64,000 nt of DNA, from NCBI RefSeq assembly GCF_964355755.1, contig NC_092670.1:18772795-18836794 (forward strand). Direction: 5' to 3'. This DNA is from Antedon mediterranea (Eukaryota > Animalia > Echinodermata). How positions within the stretch are numbered: position 1 is the stretch's first letter; each line of letters opens with the position of its first letter. Made by a program: the position numbers and the translations under genes. The notes beneath the pieces are model-generated. The model did no database searches. It was not told the DNA's origin and worked only from the letters and a program-made list of their open reading frames with translations. Positions 1 to 13,500 of the stretch are shown in pieces.

Positions 1-655
1 AATCAATTGCTGTATTCTACTTAGGAGGAGAATTTTACATATTACTTATTCTGACTAAAATAAAACATTCTTTGTCTACATTTATGGTAAAGCCCCGCAT
101 CTAAAAACCTCAATAAATTTAATGTTTAACTGAACTTTGTTAACTTTTGCGTTCCTTTCCATTTTTCAATTTACGAGGCGCCTATGTGCCTTCGTTGGAC
201 ACATTGATGGAGCATGTAACCTAGAAATAAACTTGACGTTTCTTCTCAATAGGCTATTAATTCTACGAATTCACATTCTCAGCTCAGTTATCAGTTATGA
301 CCCTGTTCGATCATATCAATCTAAATATTTCGCAGAATTCTTAAAAACTAAAGTGAAGTTGGTAAAGTAATAATAATATGAATGAATGAAACTATGATAT
401 ATATCTCTTTCCCATTTACACGACTGCGATAGGTCTATTGTATACATATCTAACAAGGGAAGAACTGTTCTAATGATCGGAGCGTTAGAGTAAAATTTCA
501 TAAAATTATGCATTCGTTTTAATATTTAGGAACAACAATTTGCCATATTTTTGGGTTTTTTTACTATTAAAATATGTTTAGCATAAGTTTGAGAGAACCA
601 ACATACGTCATCTTTACTTTATAGGCCCTAGTAATAAATCCTTATTCTCTTTCAG

Positions 656-2139
656 CATGTCAACAAAATTGTGAAGCCAAATTTTCCTGTGCAAATGTAT
701 GTTCAATGTACTGTGCATGCAGATCTCCGAGGTCGGTGGTTGCCGGTAGATATGGCGGCAAGTCGTTGACGTTGAAAAACGGTAGACAAATACCGTGTTC
801 AGACATAAATGGAATGGTATATAGATGTAAACGAGTTACTAAACGGATTTATACTCCTGACGAAGATAGGAATTCATTTATTATGGAATCAGATGTAAGT
901 GTATGATTTGAACGTTTTCGACAAATTGCAGAAGTCAAAATATTGACGACGATGATAGCACAAACCCGATTACAAAAACCAAAACAAAGTTATCAATGCC
1001 TTTAAACCGCGCGATATTGATGACGATGATAGTACAAACGGTATTGATTAGGTTTAAAAATAGGAAACTTTTTGTGATGACAGTAATATATTCTTTTCTT
1101 AATATGCCTAGGCCTACTCAATAGTTGTCAAACAAACATAGCTAGAAATTGAGACTGAAACACATACAATTGTCTAAAACTGGCAACAAGTGCAACTGAA
1201 AACAAAAGAACAACATCTAAAAAATCAAACTTAATAAAGACAATGTAACTCTTTACCTTTGAATCAATGAAATTTTGCCACATGAAATTGAAGTGATAAA
1301 ATACTACTAAATTTCAACTATATACTGGTTTCTGTATAACTTGTTTAACAATACAGAGGGCAAATACTGACACATGGGGACCTTAACCGGACACATAGGC
1401 CTATGGGTACAATTCTAAACGTTTTTTTTGTTGACAGGCTAGTTGGCAAGATTATGATTCAACTGACAACAAACTTAATGAAGAAATGCAATCAACAAGA
1501 ATGTCGTTAAAACAGATCATACGCCAGGTAAATGAATACAAAATGCCCATATGGGCATTTTGCTTAAATGCCCATATTATGGACATGATGATGTCATATC
1601 ACTACCATAATTTAAGCATATCACCAGCATATTTGTAATCGGAGGAAAGAATACTTTTTACTCTAGACTAGCTCGTGTGCACTTTAAAGAACTTAGTACA
1701 TCTTTCAAGACGAGTAGGGGGTTACCCAGGTGTATTAATACATCTTAGCCACTGATCACCAACTGGGCCCTCTGGGAGATCAGTCTTTATACCCAGTATA
1801 AATATATATTTCAATTTCAATTTCTAAGCTACGTAGGCCTATCCTATGAAGGTGTGACAGTGTACCAATTCCTTTTTGGTTTCTGCTATCCTAAATACGA
1901 AAATTCATTTTGCGTCCGATGAGGAAAGGACCACAACTTTCTCGCTATATCCTGTATAAAGCATTGAAAAAACATTAAATGATTAAAAGTTCGTCACTTA
2001 CCCGCTGTTTCTAACATAGATGTTATATAGGTTAAATACATTTTGTAAGTAATAATAATTTACACAATTTATTTCCTTTCAGATTCTTCGACAAGAGAGC
2101 TACAACTTTTACGATTGGAACTCAGAACCGAATTTTTGA
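656..2139 (+). CDS. Last two coding exons (656-894, 2083-2139) of an unidentified small Cys-rich protein; 5' exons not identified
   Basis: Pyrimidine-rich acceptor cttattctctttcag| at 655 and donor |gtaagt at 895 bracket an open frame CQQNCEAKFSCANVCSMYCACRSPRSVVAGRYGGKSLTLKNGRQIPCSDINGMVYRCKRVTKRIYTPDEDRNSFIMESD. The next acceptor tttatttcctttcag| at 2082 continues in phase 0 as ILRQESYNFYDWNSEPNF*. No homology recognised. Confidence 0.5.
1650..1825 (+). mobile_element. SINE 3' fragment with Deu/Nin-domain-like core and (TTTCAA)n tail
   Basis: cactttaaagaac...tttcaagacgagtagggggttacccaggtgt resembles the remembered DeuSINE/AmnSINE central-domain consensus (TTAAAGA..C...AAGAGTAGGGG..T.ACCCCGGTGT). 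It ends in tttcaatttcaattt. Confidence 0.45.
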
Positions 2140-2849
2140 TCGACATTTTGAATTCTATTATTTTTTATTAGTTAAATTAAAATTTATATTTTTTATAAAT
2201 ATAAATATACACGTGTGCAATATTAAAGTCTCCATCTTATTAGGAGAAAAAAAATATTAGTAAAAAAATTAAAGATAAACTGCTAAAAGCAAACACTATA
2301 GTCAAGGAGCAGGAACACGTATCTGTTTACGGTGTAATATCTATTTTACTCAGAAAAGTTTGGTTGGTTTCCATCATTTATGAAACAATTAGCTACGAAC
2401 TTCAAAGGTGTTCTTAATTTATGTTTATTAGGCATTACTTGATAAAAGAATGTTAACGATGATTTTTTTTAAATTCGATGCCATGGGCAATGTGAAATAC
2501 TAACTTTACACAAAAAAGCAATGAGAAGGAAAAAGTAGGGCATCAACAATATTAACAAATTGAAGTAATTATTTTAAAAAAGAGACTTGTGAAAATGTCG
2601 ACTTAACGAGCATTATGGTAGCTGTCTTTCCACAGAAATGTAAATGTGCAATAATGGCCATTATTCCTACACGGTAAAACCACACATGGACCTAGGGAAC
2701 CAGGGCAGAGGTAGTTCATCTGGGTTGATTTCAACTATTATGATTATTACAGAATTCATTAACGAAATTATGGTTCGCAGCCTGTACTGGGTATAATCCA
2801 CTACCGTATCTATTTAGACTCACTCGACTTACCCGCGGAATATCGTGAC

Positions 2850-3066
2850 GAATGACGTACCTTGGTGTACCCTGAAAATGACGTGTCTTGTCGAACCCTT
2901 GGAATAACGTAACTTGGCGTACATGGCGATGACGTACCGTGAATGACGTAACTCTCGTGGCACACTTGGAACGACGTACATTGGCAGACACTGGGAATGA
3001 CGTACATAAATATATTGGCAATGACGTACCTGGGTATATCCTAAGAATGACGTACCTTGGCGTACC
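2850..3066. repeat. Degenerate array of aatgacgtac(c) motifs
   Basis: About 8-9 spaced copies of (A)TGACGTA. This array explains the overlapping pseudo-ORFs at 2731-3075. Confidence 0.7.
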
Positions 3067-3453
3067 TGCATGCATAGTTATCCTGCAAAATCAACATTAG
3101 ATTCTTGATTTGCTCCCTACAGCATGACCATTCAAATGGTTTTCTGTTAACCTTTTCTTTCTGAAATATCAATAAGATTGTTAATTTGTAGCTTTGTTTC
3201 GATACGGTATTGTACAATCACCTTTTTCTTTTAGCCACTGTTATTATTTTAGGTATATTATACAAATACTGTATAATAAATGTCAATTAGAGTGTACTGT
3301 TTGTTTAATCATAAGCTCCTGTTGCAAATAAATGCTAACGTCAATTTAATATTGTTTATTTTATTATTAAAGATTTTGTTTATTATGGTGATAATGACAG
3401 CACGATGACGATGATTTTGAGAATTTATACAATATTATACTTACTGTGGTTTC

Positions 3454-4315
3454 TACGGTGGCTGATTTCCGCCAAAGAAAAAAAATTATTTTTTTATAAT
3501 AATACGGCGTTATAACGCCGTAATTAGGGCGTTATAACGCCGTGATAGGGCGTTATAACGTACATGCACATGCGTAGTACATCAACAAACCCAGAGTCAT
3601 AAAAGTTGCGACTTTAAATGGATTGAATCAATTTGTTTAAAGGTTTTTGTTAAAATAATAATATAATTTTGATGATTTTAAACAAACAAAATAGCTTTAA
3701 TCCATTTAATTTAATGGCTCTGCCTGTGCGCCCCATGCGTTTATTTTGTACAGCGATTCTCTATAGTAATGCATTATTTTTACATTTAGTTTAAAATTCA
3801 TTCATTCATTGAAGTAAACATTTATTTCTACGATAAAAAAACATTTCTTTCAATTTACAAATAAATTTGAATTAAAATTAAAATCATCTTCGCAGTAATT
3901 TATGATTGCGTTATCTTAACAAAAACCTTTAAACAAATTGATTGTTTTGATATTAAATTATATATTTAAAACCTTGTGAATGTTATACATTTTTTAAGCA
4001 AATGACTTGACTCCATACACTACATAGGCATAGTTGGACACAAATATGGCCAGTAATGTACCACGTGACTTTCTAAAATCTGTGAATGCGCCGAGAGGTT
4101 TGTTGATGTACTACGCATGCGCATGTACGTGTGAACAGATTGTATATTTAGGCCTATTTACGGCGTTATAACGCCCTAAATTTGGGATTGTATATTTAGG
4201 CCCTAATTACGGCGTTATAACGCCCCAATTACGGCGTTATAACGCACTAATTTAGGGCGTTATAACGCCGTATTATTATAATAATTTTTTTCTTTGGCGG
4301 AAATCAGCCACCGTA
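3454..4315. mobile_element. 862-bp non-autonomous foldback DNA transposon, IS3EU-like
   Basis: Long TIRs tacggtggctgatttccgccaaagaaaaaaa / tttttttctttggcggaaatcagccaccgta, flanked by identical ggtttc at 3448-3453 and 4316-4321. Internal mirror blocks at about 3561/4097 and 3626/3916, plus repeated palindrome ggcgttataacgcc. Confidence 0.8.
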
Positions 4316-5039
4316 GGTTTCTTCTTATTGAAGTTAAAATAGACAAACCTGTTCAAAACCCAGCGGATAAAAACAGTTGCGTTTTAGATTACGATTTGGG
4401 TCAGTTACACACAATGACTGATTCTTTGCTCTTCATCCTCCTAAAAGCGTATTGTTGTCTTTTTAAAAACAATTAATATGCCACGTGCATGCCTGCCCCA
4501 GTTTGCTAATTCAATCAAGTTAAGAAGTGTTTAAAAAATGTTCGGATCCGAATACTGTAATTGCTATTCATCCGAATACGATAATATGCTATCCATCCGA
4601 ATACGATAATTGACTATAATTGCTACAGAAATTTACAACAAAAGGCTTCTTCATTTTAAAATATAATTTCTTATTTTTTATTTATATTAGTTTCTCATTT
4701 TTAAATGACGCTTATTTAAAAAAGATTGTTTGGGAATATGTTTAGCCATTAAGAACATGATGCAGTGTGTGTTATACAACACTTAACGTTTGCTAACAAC
4801 GCCTCGAGGAGCGTCAGTTGCAATCATTATTTCATCATTAATCAAAATTGCTGCCAAAACATGAAAACCGAATTGTTTTCAACAGAAGAGTTCAATTAAT
4901 CATTTGAGATAAAAAAGAAATTAAAAACTTGCAGATAAATCCACTATGTTGAATTAACTGGTAGCTTGAGATGTACCGAATAAGGTTGTCTGGTAGTCTT
5001 TGCAAAGTTACGACGCCCGACGGTAGCGAGGAAACGATG

Positions 5040-5290
5040 ACGGAGAACCGTTGAGCCGGAGAATCATTGAGACGGAGAACCGTTGAGACGGAGAACCATT
5101 GAGACGGAAAACCGTGGGACGGAAAACTGTTGAGCGAGACGAAAAACCTTTGAGACGGAAAACCGTTGAGACGGAGAACCGTTAAGGCGGAAAACCGTAG
5201 GACGGAAACAGTTGAGATGAAAAACCGTGGAGACGGAAAACCGCTGAGACAGAAAGCCGTGGAAATGAAAAACAATGAAAACGGAAAGCA
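5040..5290. repeat. About 15-bp tandem repeat gagacgga(g/a)aaccgtt
   Basis: About 15 degenerate copies read directly; explains the ORFs at 4892-5373. Confidence 0.85.
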
Positions 5291-7179
5291 ATAACGTATA
5301 AATACTGATTAGAAAAAACCCCTATGTTGCACAAAAACACGCATCCCATTTTGCCACAAATACACGACGACATTCTTTACTTTATTTTTTGTTACGACAG
5401 ATATTTTATTATAATTACATAAATACTGATGTTTTGATTAATTATTTTTAATATGGAAGAAAAACTAGATATTTATATCTATATATTCCATGATTACAAT
5501 ATACTACATAATAAAATAAAACTTTTTAATTACAGTACTCAAGTATTTCTCCGTGTCACACTAGAACGGCAATCTGAACTATTAGGCCTATTGCTTGTTG
5601 TCTGCTAGCATTTCAATTACTAATAAATGAAAATGAATAAATCGATAGCAAATAATATATTGCACAAAAAGACTATACAATTAAGGCCTAATACGATTTG
5701 TAGATGTGACGCGATTTATATTGTGACACGACTGGGCGCGAAAGATAATATAAAATAAACATATATTAAAATACTGTACGAATTTTGTCAAATAAATTAC
5801 TAAAGCAAAGACATTAATCGAAAATTTGCTAAAAAATTAATATATAAGTATATAGACTATTTACAAACTAATATGCGTCTATTCTATAGTATTATTATAA
5901 CTAACAGCATTTCGTTAATAAATAAATGTGACGTCACAAGACCAACATTGCTGGTCGATGAGAGGTAACGAGGAATGCGTGACTTTTTTTCTTTTCAAAA
6001 TCGTGATATGAAAAACTAATCAGAATGACACACCATTAGTTAATCATTAATTTTAATGCTTCCTTTATGGAATATAAATAGCAATTTGAACACATTTGAT
6101 GATTAGATTAAGTTACAAGGAGAATATTAAGTAATCTTGCTATTTAAAATGTATATTTGTATCTTAAGGTCATCGGTAAACATTGGGAAATGTGCAAGAA
6201 CTGCCGTTGGACCATTTGAACTGTGGTATGATATTGTGGGGAAGCTCCTTTCCGGTTCAACTCCGGTCCTACCGTCGGAGCGAACCATTGTAGCTGTGGT
6301 GTGTTGTGGTTTTGCTCCTGTTCGGCTCAACTATCGTTCGACCATTTGAGCTAGTTTGGCCGAAAACAGTCCATGGCACCTAAATCCTAATTTTAAAACA
6401 ATAATTGACAGGCGATAATAGCCCTATAATGACGGAGGCTTATAAACCATTACAGCGGTTTTGCTGTTTATATCAGGTTTATTTTGAGCCCGCCAAATGA
6501 ACCGCCAAGAAACAAGATGTCAACAGCATTGTAACGCTTAAATCAAATGCGTTTTTTTGCATTCAATAATTCAGAAATTTTTATATATAATCCTTAAATT
6601 GACTGTAAGGATAAGGATAATGTACATTTATTTAATTTCAACGCAACTGTTCTAAAACCCTATGAAGGCCAGTAATGGGCATTACAACTATTTTTGAATA
6701 TTTTTCTATGTAGTATGAAATTGTTTTTAAAAATAATAAATAGAAATATGCTAATTTTTTTTCATGTTGCCTGTTCGGAAGTTGGCAATCTCTAGAAAGA
6801 CAAATTAAATATAATACAAGTGAAATATTACAAAATAAATAGTCAACTACGTAATTTGAGATAGTTTACGTAAAAGTGAAAATTACTTGGAATTATCGAA
6901 TTTCTTTAAAGTGGTCTGAGATAGTTATCGTTGTCAACACTAACAACATATTTCTTGTCGGGTTTTCGCGGTAAGTGCATTATAGAACACACGTTAAATT
7001 ATTAGTTTTACTTTACAATATCATCGTGTGACAAACAAAGAGGTGTATCTTGACACAACACACGGAACTAATTTGATGTAAGGGAGGTACGGCAGCTTTG
7101 GATCGACGATTTTCTCACGACGAGCGTCACAGAAGGGAATCTTTATTTAGTAAAGAATCAGGCGAATTCATTCGTTTAA

Positions 7180-7328
7180 AGCTCTCTACACTATTATACT
7201 AGTTTGACAAAAAAGTGTGATGTGCACAAATATGGTAGTGATATGCCCAAATATGGTAGTGATATGACATCATCATGTCCATTATAAGCAAATCACATTT
7301 TTTGTCACATAAAGTTTAGACAAGGCTT
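7180..7328. mobile_element. MITE family A copy (PIF/Harbinger Tourist-like)
   Basis: agctc(tg)tctacactat left end, internal aaatatggtagtgatatg subrepeats, decayed right end. Confidence 0.8.
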
Positions 7329-7477
7329 TAAACGTATTAAAAAACTCATCGGAATTCCTTTAACTTCAGATATTGACTCAAGGAGCCATTTCTTGGGATA
7401 AAACACATTTTGTATAAGATAGGATTACTTCTAAAATGACGTCAGTGACTCCTCTTCCAGTTGCCAGTTGGTTGCAA

Positions 7478-7549
7478 TCACAGCTGCCAGCTAAAAAGAT
7501 GATGTTTCACCAGCATGTCTCGCACTCCTTCACGTAGCGGAACACTCAT
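7478..7549 (-). CDS. SGSM3: SGSM3 distal alternative terminal exon ([23 protein letters not shown])
   Basis: Acceptor cttctctcag|, phase 0, 72 nt to TGA. Confidence 0.88.
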   Translation of the reverse strand: MSVPLREGVRDMLVKHHLFSWQL

Positions 7550-10500
7550 CTGAGAGAAGAACGTTATAATTACAGTTATATTCTCAAACCACTAGTACCG
7601 CAACGTTTTTCTTACAATACACAGGAATAATAATAATTATTATCTATTTGGCACATATCGATATAAAGGTGCGTTCTACAATCAACATTTATTAAAACCA
7701 TATTAAAATGCTAACTATAACATTTACAACAATAATAATAAAAATGTAATAATAATGAAAAACAAACAGTACCATGATATGTAAAAAACCTACCCCTTCC
7801 CCATCCCGCCACTACAATAAATGGGCATAAATAGGCACAATGAATACTGAATACTTTATTTGCCCATTCATTATTATACAGTTTTTTTTCATTCATCGTA
7901 ATCATTGATATACATAAATAAGCATAGTACAAAGAAAGAAAAAGAATGTTTCACGTTCAGTGTTTCGTTTCACTTGTGGCAATCCCGTCTACCTCCAAAG
8001 TGGTTGTGATCTTTTTTTATTTTGATGAAAAGACGAAATAAATGAAATGAAATTCTTCTTAATGAAAGGTAATTATGACAATGATATTTATAATGTTAAT
8101 GATATCAATGCTTGGTGGAAATGATGATCATATGAAGATGAAAATGATGATTATGAAAACGATGATTATGATGTTGTTTGATAATGATTATGAAAACGAT
8201 GATTATGATGTTTGATAACAATGATTATAAAAACGATGATTATGATGATGTTTGATAAAAATTATTATGAAAACGATGATCATGATGATGTTTGATAACA
8301 ATGATTATGAAAACGATGATTATGATGATGTTTGATAACAATGATTATGAAAACGATAAAAACGATGATTATGATGATGTTTGATAACAATGATTATGAA
8401 AACGATGATATGATGATGTTTGATAACAATGATTATGAAAACGATGATTATGATGATGATTGATAACAATGATTATAAACACGATGATTATAGTAATGAT
8501 TGATAAAAATAATAAATGATTATGAAAACGAAGATTATGGTAATGATTGATAAAAATGATAAAAATTATTATGAAAACGATGATTATGATGATAATCTTA
8601 TTTCAATTTTTCGTCATAAAAAAAAAAATTGAATGACCAGTGTGAGCAAAGGGGTAGATAACGTGTAGGTTTGAGGACAATATTGATTTAATAAGGTGTG
8701 TTACACATGAATATGATAAATTCAATTATGTGAGACACAATATCAATTAATGATTGTAAAGTGATGACGTAAGACGGTTATAATACGACGAAGATGGCAA
8801 TTAACTATTAAGATCTTAAACATGTATTTTGTACCGACTGTTTCCACATATTTAGCTTTTAAATACGCAGTTACATGTTTAGCGTCTTTGAAAACCTAAA
8901 CGTGTTTATAGCTACATGTTGTTTTCCTCCACTCGTTTGACAGTCAACATGTCACTATTATGTTCAGTCAACATGTTTAGGTACATGTTGTTTTCCTCCA
9001 CTCGTTTAGCAATCAACATGTCACTATTATGTTCAGTCAACGTGTTTAGGTACATGTTGTTTTCCTCCACTCGTTTAGCAATCAACATGTCACTATTATG
9101 TTCAGTCAACATGTTTAGGTACATGTTGTTTTCCTCCACTCGTTTAGCAATCAACATGTCACTATTATGTTCAGTCAACATGTTTAACTACATGTTGTTT
9201 TCCTCCACTCGTTTAGCAATCAACATGTCACTATTATGTTCAGTCAACGTGTTTAGGTACATGTTGTTTTCCTCCACTCGTTTAGCAATCAACATGTCAC
9301 TATTATGTTCAGTCAACATGTTTAGGTACATGTTGTTTTCCTCCACTCGTTTAGCAATCAACATGTCACTATTATGTTCAGTCAACATGTTTAGCTACAT
9401 GTTGTTTTCCTCCACTCGTTTGGCAATCGACATGTCACTATTATGTTCAGTCAACATGTTTAGGTACATGTTGTTTTCCTCCACTCGTTTAGCAATGAAC
9501 ATGTCACTATTATGTTCAGTCAACATGTTTAGCTACATGTTGTTTTCCTCCACTCGTTTAGCAATCGACATGTCACTATTATGTTCAGTCAACATGTTTA
9601 GCTACATGTTGTTTTCCTCCACTCGTTTGGCAATCGACATGTCACTATTATGTTCAGTCAACATGTTTAGCTACATGTTGTTTTCCTCCACTCGTTTAGC
9701 AATCGACATGTCACTATTATGTTCAGTCAACATGTTTAGCTACATGTTGTTTTCCTCCACTCGTTTAGCAATCGACATGTCACTATTATGTTCAGTCAAC
9801 ATGTTTAGCTACATGTTGTTTTCCTCCACTCGTTTAGCAATCGACATGTCACTATTATGTTCAGTCAACATGTTTAGGTATGTGTTTAGCGTAACGTGTC
9901 TTTATATTGCTCCACATGTTTAACATTCAACACGTCACTGATGTGTTAAGTTGGATACAGACTACATGTTTAGAATGTATTTAGTTGGTACAAAATACAT
10001 GTTTAAGATCTACACAATATTTTTAGTGTAGAGTGACAATTATGTGAAAAGTCATTGAACGGGATAATTAAATAAGGAAATACTGGGCGATGTTAATAAA
10101 ATAAACAGGAGGATATTAATTAATAATAGTATGAATAATAACACTACAAACAATAGTTACATCATGGTGCAGGGAAAATGGTTACATAAAATTAGTATTC
10201 ATCGACACTTTAAGTGAATTAATAAAACATCACTTGTTTGTTTTCCACTTTATATTTGTTTATTATTCACAATAATGATATTCACAACAACGCACCAACA
10301 CAGTATAGAAGAGAAAAATATAATAATAAATTGGTAATAGAAGACTACGGTATGACGTTACTTATGAACATAAAGAACTAACTACAATTGAGGATATAGG
10401 GACGTGGGTCTGTAATTTGACGTCACTGACACGTCATTATCAACCTATGATATCAACATATTTTAACTCTCTTTTAATGGAAAAGAAAAAACAGATGTTT

Positions 10501-13500
10501 AAGCTCTGTCTACACTATCAAACTTTATGTGACTACGGTATGGTGTTACTTATGAACAAAAAGAACTAACTACAATTGAAGAAATAGGGACGTGGGCCTG
10601 TAATTTGACATCACTGACACGTCATCATCATATGACATCAACATATTTTAACTCTCTTTTAATGAAACGAAAAACAGACTACACTATCAAACTTTATGTG
10701 AACAAATGTGATGTGCTCATATATGGACACGATTACGTCATATCACTACCATATTTGGGCACATCACTTATTTTTTTTGTCAAACTAGTTTGATAATGTA
10801 GACAGAGCTTTTAAAACTAAAATTGAAGGGCTTCGTCTTCCGTTACGTTTTCCGTTCCGTGAAACTCAACGGATGTGAATCTACTTTATCTCACACTCAT
10901 GGTTCGTGGTACGTATTATGTGTAATTTAATAATTAATTATCTATTAAATAAAGATGATTTGAAAAGAAAGATATTCTTTAAAATTAAGACACTATACAG
11001 CCTTTCATGTGGGACACTTTTATTCAGAAGATACCTCTATTAAGGGGACAATTTATTGTAAAACGAACGAAATATTATACAGTGGACACTCCTAAGGGGA
11101 TACTTTTATTCAGGAGATGCCTCTATTAAGGGGACACTTTATAGTAAGAAGAACGAAAAGCAATACTATAATACAGTGGACAGACTTTATGTTCTCCCGA
11201 TGTTCCCTTCAATTAGGGGTCATACTGTAAACATATTCTTAGATTACATCCACTGTTTCGATTCGATTATTCAGTATCTATTTTATCAATAAAACGAAAA
11301 CAATTATTTTATTTTACTGTCGGTAGTGTACTTAAAACGTTTACATGTTGTATAACAATGAATTCACGTAAATACATAAACACAGTCTGTTAAATATTTT
11401 AAAAATTATAACTGAAATACCATATGTTTTTAAAACACCGTAAGATATTAATAGTTACTAAAAATGAAATCACGTCTTGGTGGGATAAAAGGTAATGAAA
11501 TGATTTTAAAAGATTCTAATTGAAATAAGAAAAGTTATTAAAAGTCTATTATGCCATGGAGTATGCTAAGTAGAATTCAACATGCTATTAGTACCGTACT
11601 TCTTAAACGTTCAAATTAGTCTGTTTTGTTAATTTTCAAAATATAATTATATTACATTAAAAACAATATGTTTAATGATCTAAAATTAATTCTTTCTTAA
11701 ATATTACAGTATTACGAGTCTTGTTTTTTTTTCTGGTTGAGTATTTTACCCAATATTATTATATTCTTTGCACTAAATGTCACCAAACAGTTTTTGTACC
11801 TAAAACACAATTGCACTTTTTTTTTCAAAATAAAATTTACAATAACATTACGAACATGTATATCACTTTACGATACATAGACTCCACTTTTACATTATTA
11901 AACAAATAAATAAAAACTTTGAAAAGAAATTTAAATATAAATTAACTAATTATTAATTAAATATAAATAACATCTATGGAAGGCAGCCTGACAGAGACTG
12001 TTTGCTTTAAATATGGAATATGGGGTTGTCGCCAATTATCTTGTAAGCATGGGCAGATTCAAAGTCATTGTACCATTATTATCGGTTACCCTGTGTTTCG
12101 TTACGAGTCAAGTGATAAAGACGTGATGAGTATGTGGTTAAGAATAAATAAAGTATGTGGTTAAGAATAAATAAAGTATGTGGTTAAGAATAAATAAAGT
12201 ATGTGGTTAAGAATAAATAAAGTATGTGGTTAAGAATAAATAAAGTATGTGGTTAAGAATAAATAAAGTATGTGGTTAAGAATAAATAAAGTATGTGGTT
12301 TAGAATAAATAAAGTATGTGGTTAAGAATAAATAAAGTATGTGGTTAAGAATAAATAAAGTATGTGGTTAAGAATAAATAAAGTATGTGGTTAAGAATAA
12401 ATAAAGTATGTGGTTAAGAATAAATAAAGTATGTGGTTAAGAATAAATAAAGTATGTGGTTAAGAATAAATAAAGTATGTGGTTAAGAATAAATAAAGTA
12501 TGTGGTTAAGAATAAATAAAGTATGTGGTTAAGAATAAATAAAGTATGTGGTTAACATTAAATAAACTATGGGGTTAAGAATAAATAAAGTATATTGTGG
12601 GGTGTCTAATTGTCAACATCTAGTATCTAGTGGAAAATAAGCTCGACTCACCAAAAATTACAGGAAGAATTACAAGAAAACAGGCCCACTTTTCAATCAA
12701 TAAATTTGTTTACATTAAATACATTTAATAAAGATATATGATCACTATATGATATCTATATATAAATGACTATATTCTAAATAGAGGTCTACTGTACCAT
12801 TGTCAATTTGAATAATAATCATATACTTATAAATTGTATCTATTATTTTCTACAATAAGTAATTTACATTAAATAAAAAAAAATACAATTGGAAATACGT
12901 AAAATAAGAAATATAACTTAGAAAAATTGCTGTAATATGTTTACGAAAAGGCACAAACTTACTCCTCCCCTCCCTTACCAAAACAAAAATTAAATAAAAT
13001 TCTTTTTTTTTTCCATGGTGAACCTGGTAGACTATTTCTCTTTCTCTGTCAACTTTTGGTCAACAACAAAGAAAGCTGGACTGCATAAACAGCCAGCGAA
13101 ATGGTCAAGATCAATTTGTCCCTTCATGATCTTGGACAATTTATATAATTCAATTATAATTTAATATTATTAAAAAATTATATTCTGTAAGTCTAATTGC
13201 TGATATACTACAGCTATAGAAATATTTAACAATAGAGCACTCTGGGATATTGCAGAGATTGAATTAAACCTACATGTGACTGACTGTACACAGTCTGGAT
13301 CTGCAAACTACTAAACATTTGTCACTTTTCTGCCATCAATATGACAATCGTTTTAATGTCACATTTTGCATTTCTTATTGAACAAAGTTTGTTCTATAAA
13401 GCTTCCGTTCCATAGGCACAGAAAAAACATAATACAAAAAATAATTCTTTATATTGTTTTATACTTATATACACTTTATACGCCTTGTTAGATTACATAT

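Noticed and set aside
4892-5373. Overlapping ORFs with FSVSTVLRLNG repeats
   Set aside because: Derived from the 15-bp tandem repeat.
8916-9923. 335-aa ORF with 23-aa repeats, and the antisense ORFs
   Set aside because: Read-through of a 69-bp minisatellite whose unit is a multiple of 3; no unique coding flanks or splice context.
8910-12592. Regular repeat arrays as possible CRISPR arrays
   Set aside because: Head-to-tail repeats with no unique spacers, no cas genes and a eukaryotic context.
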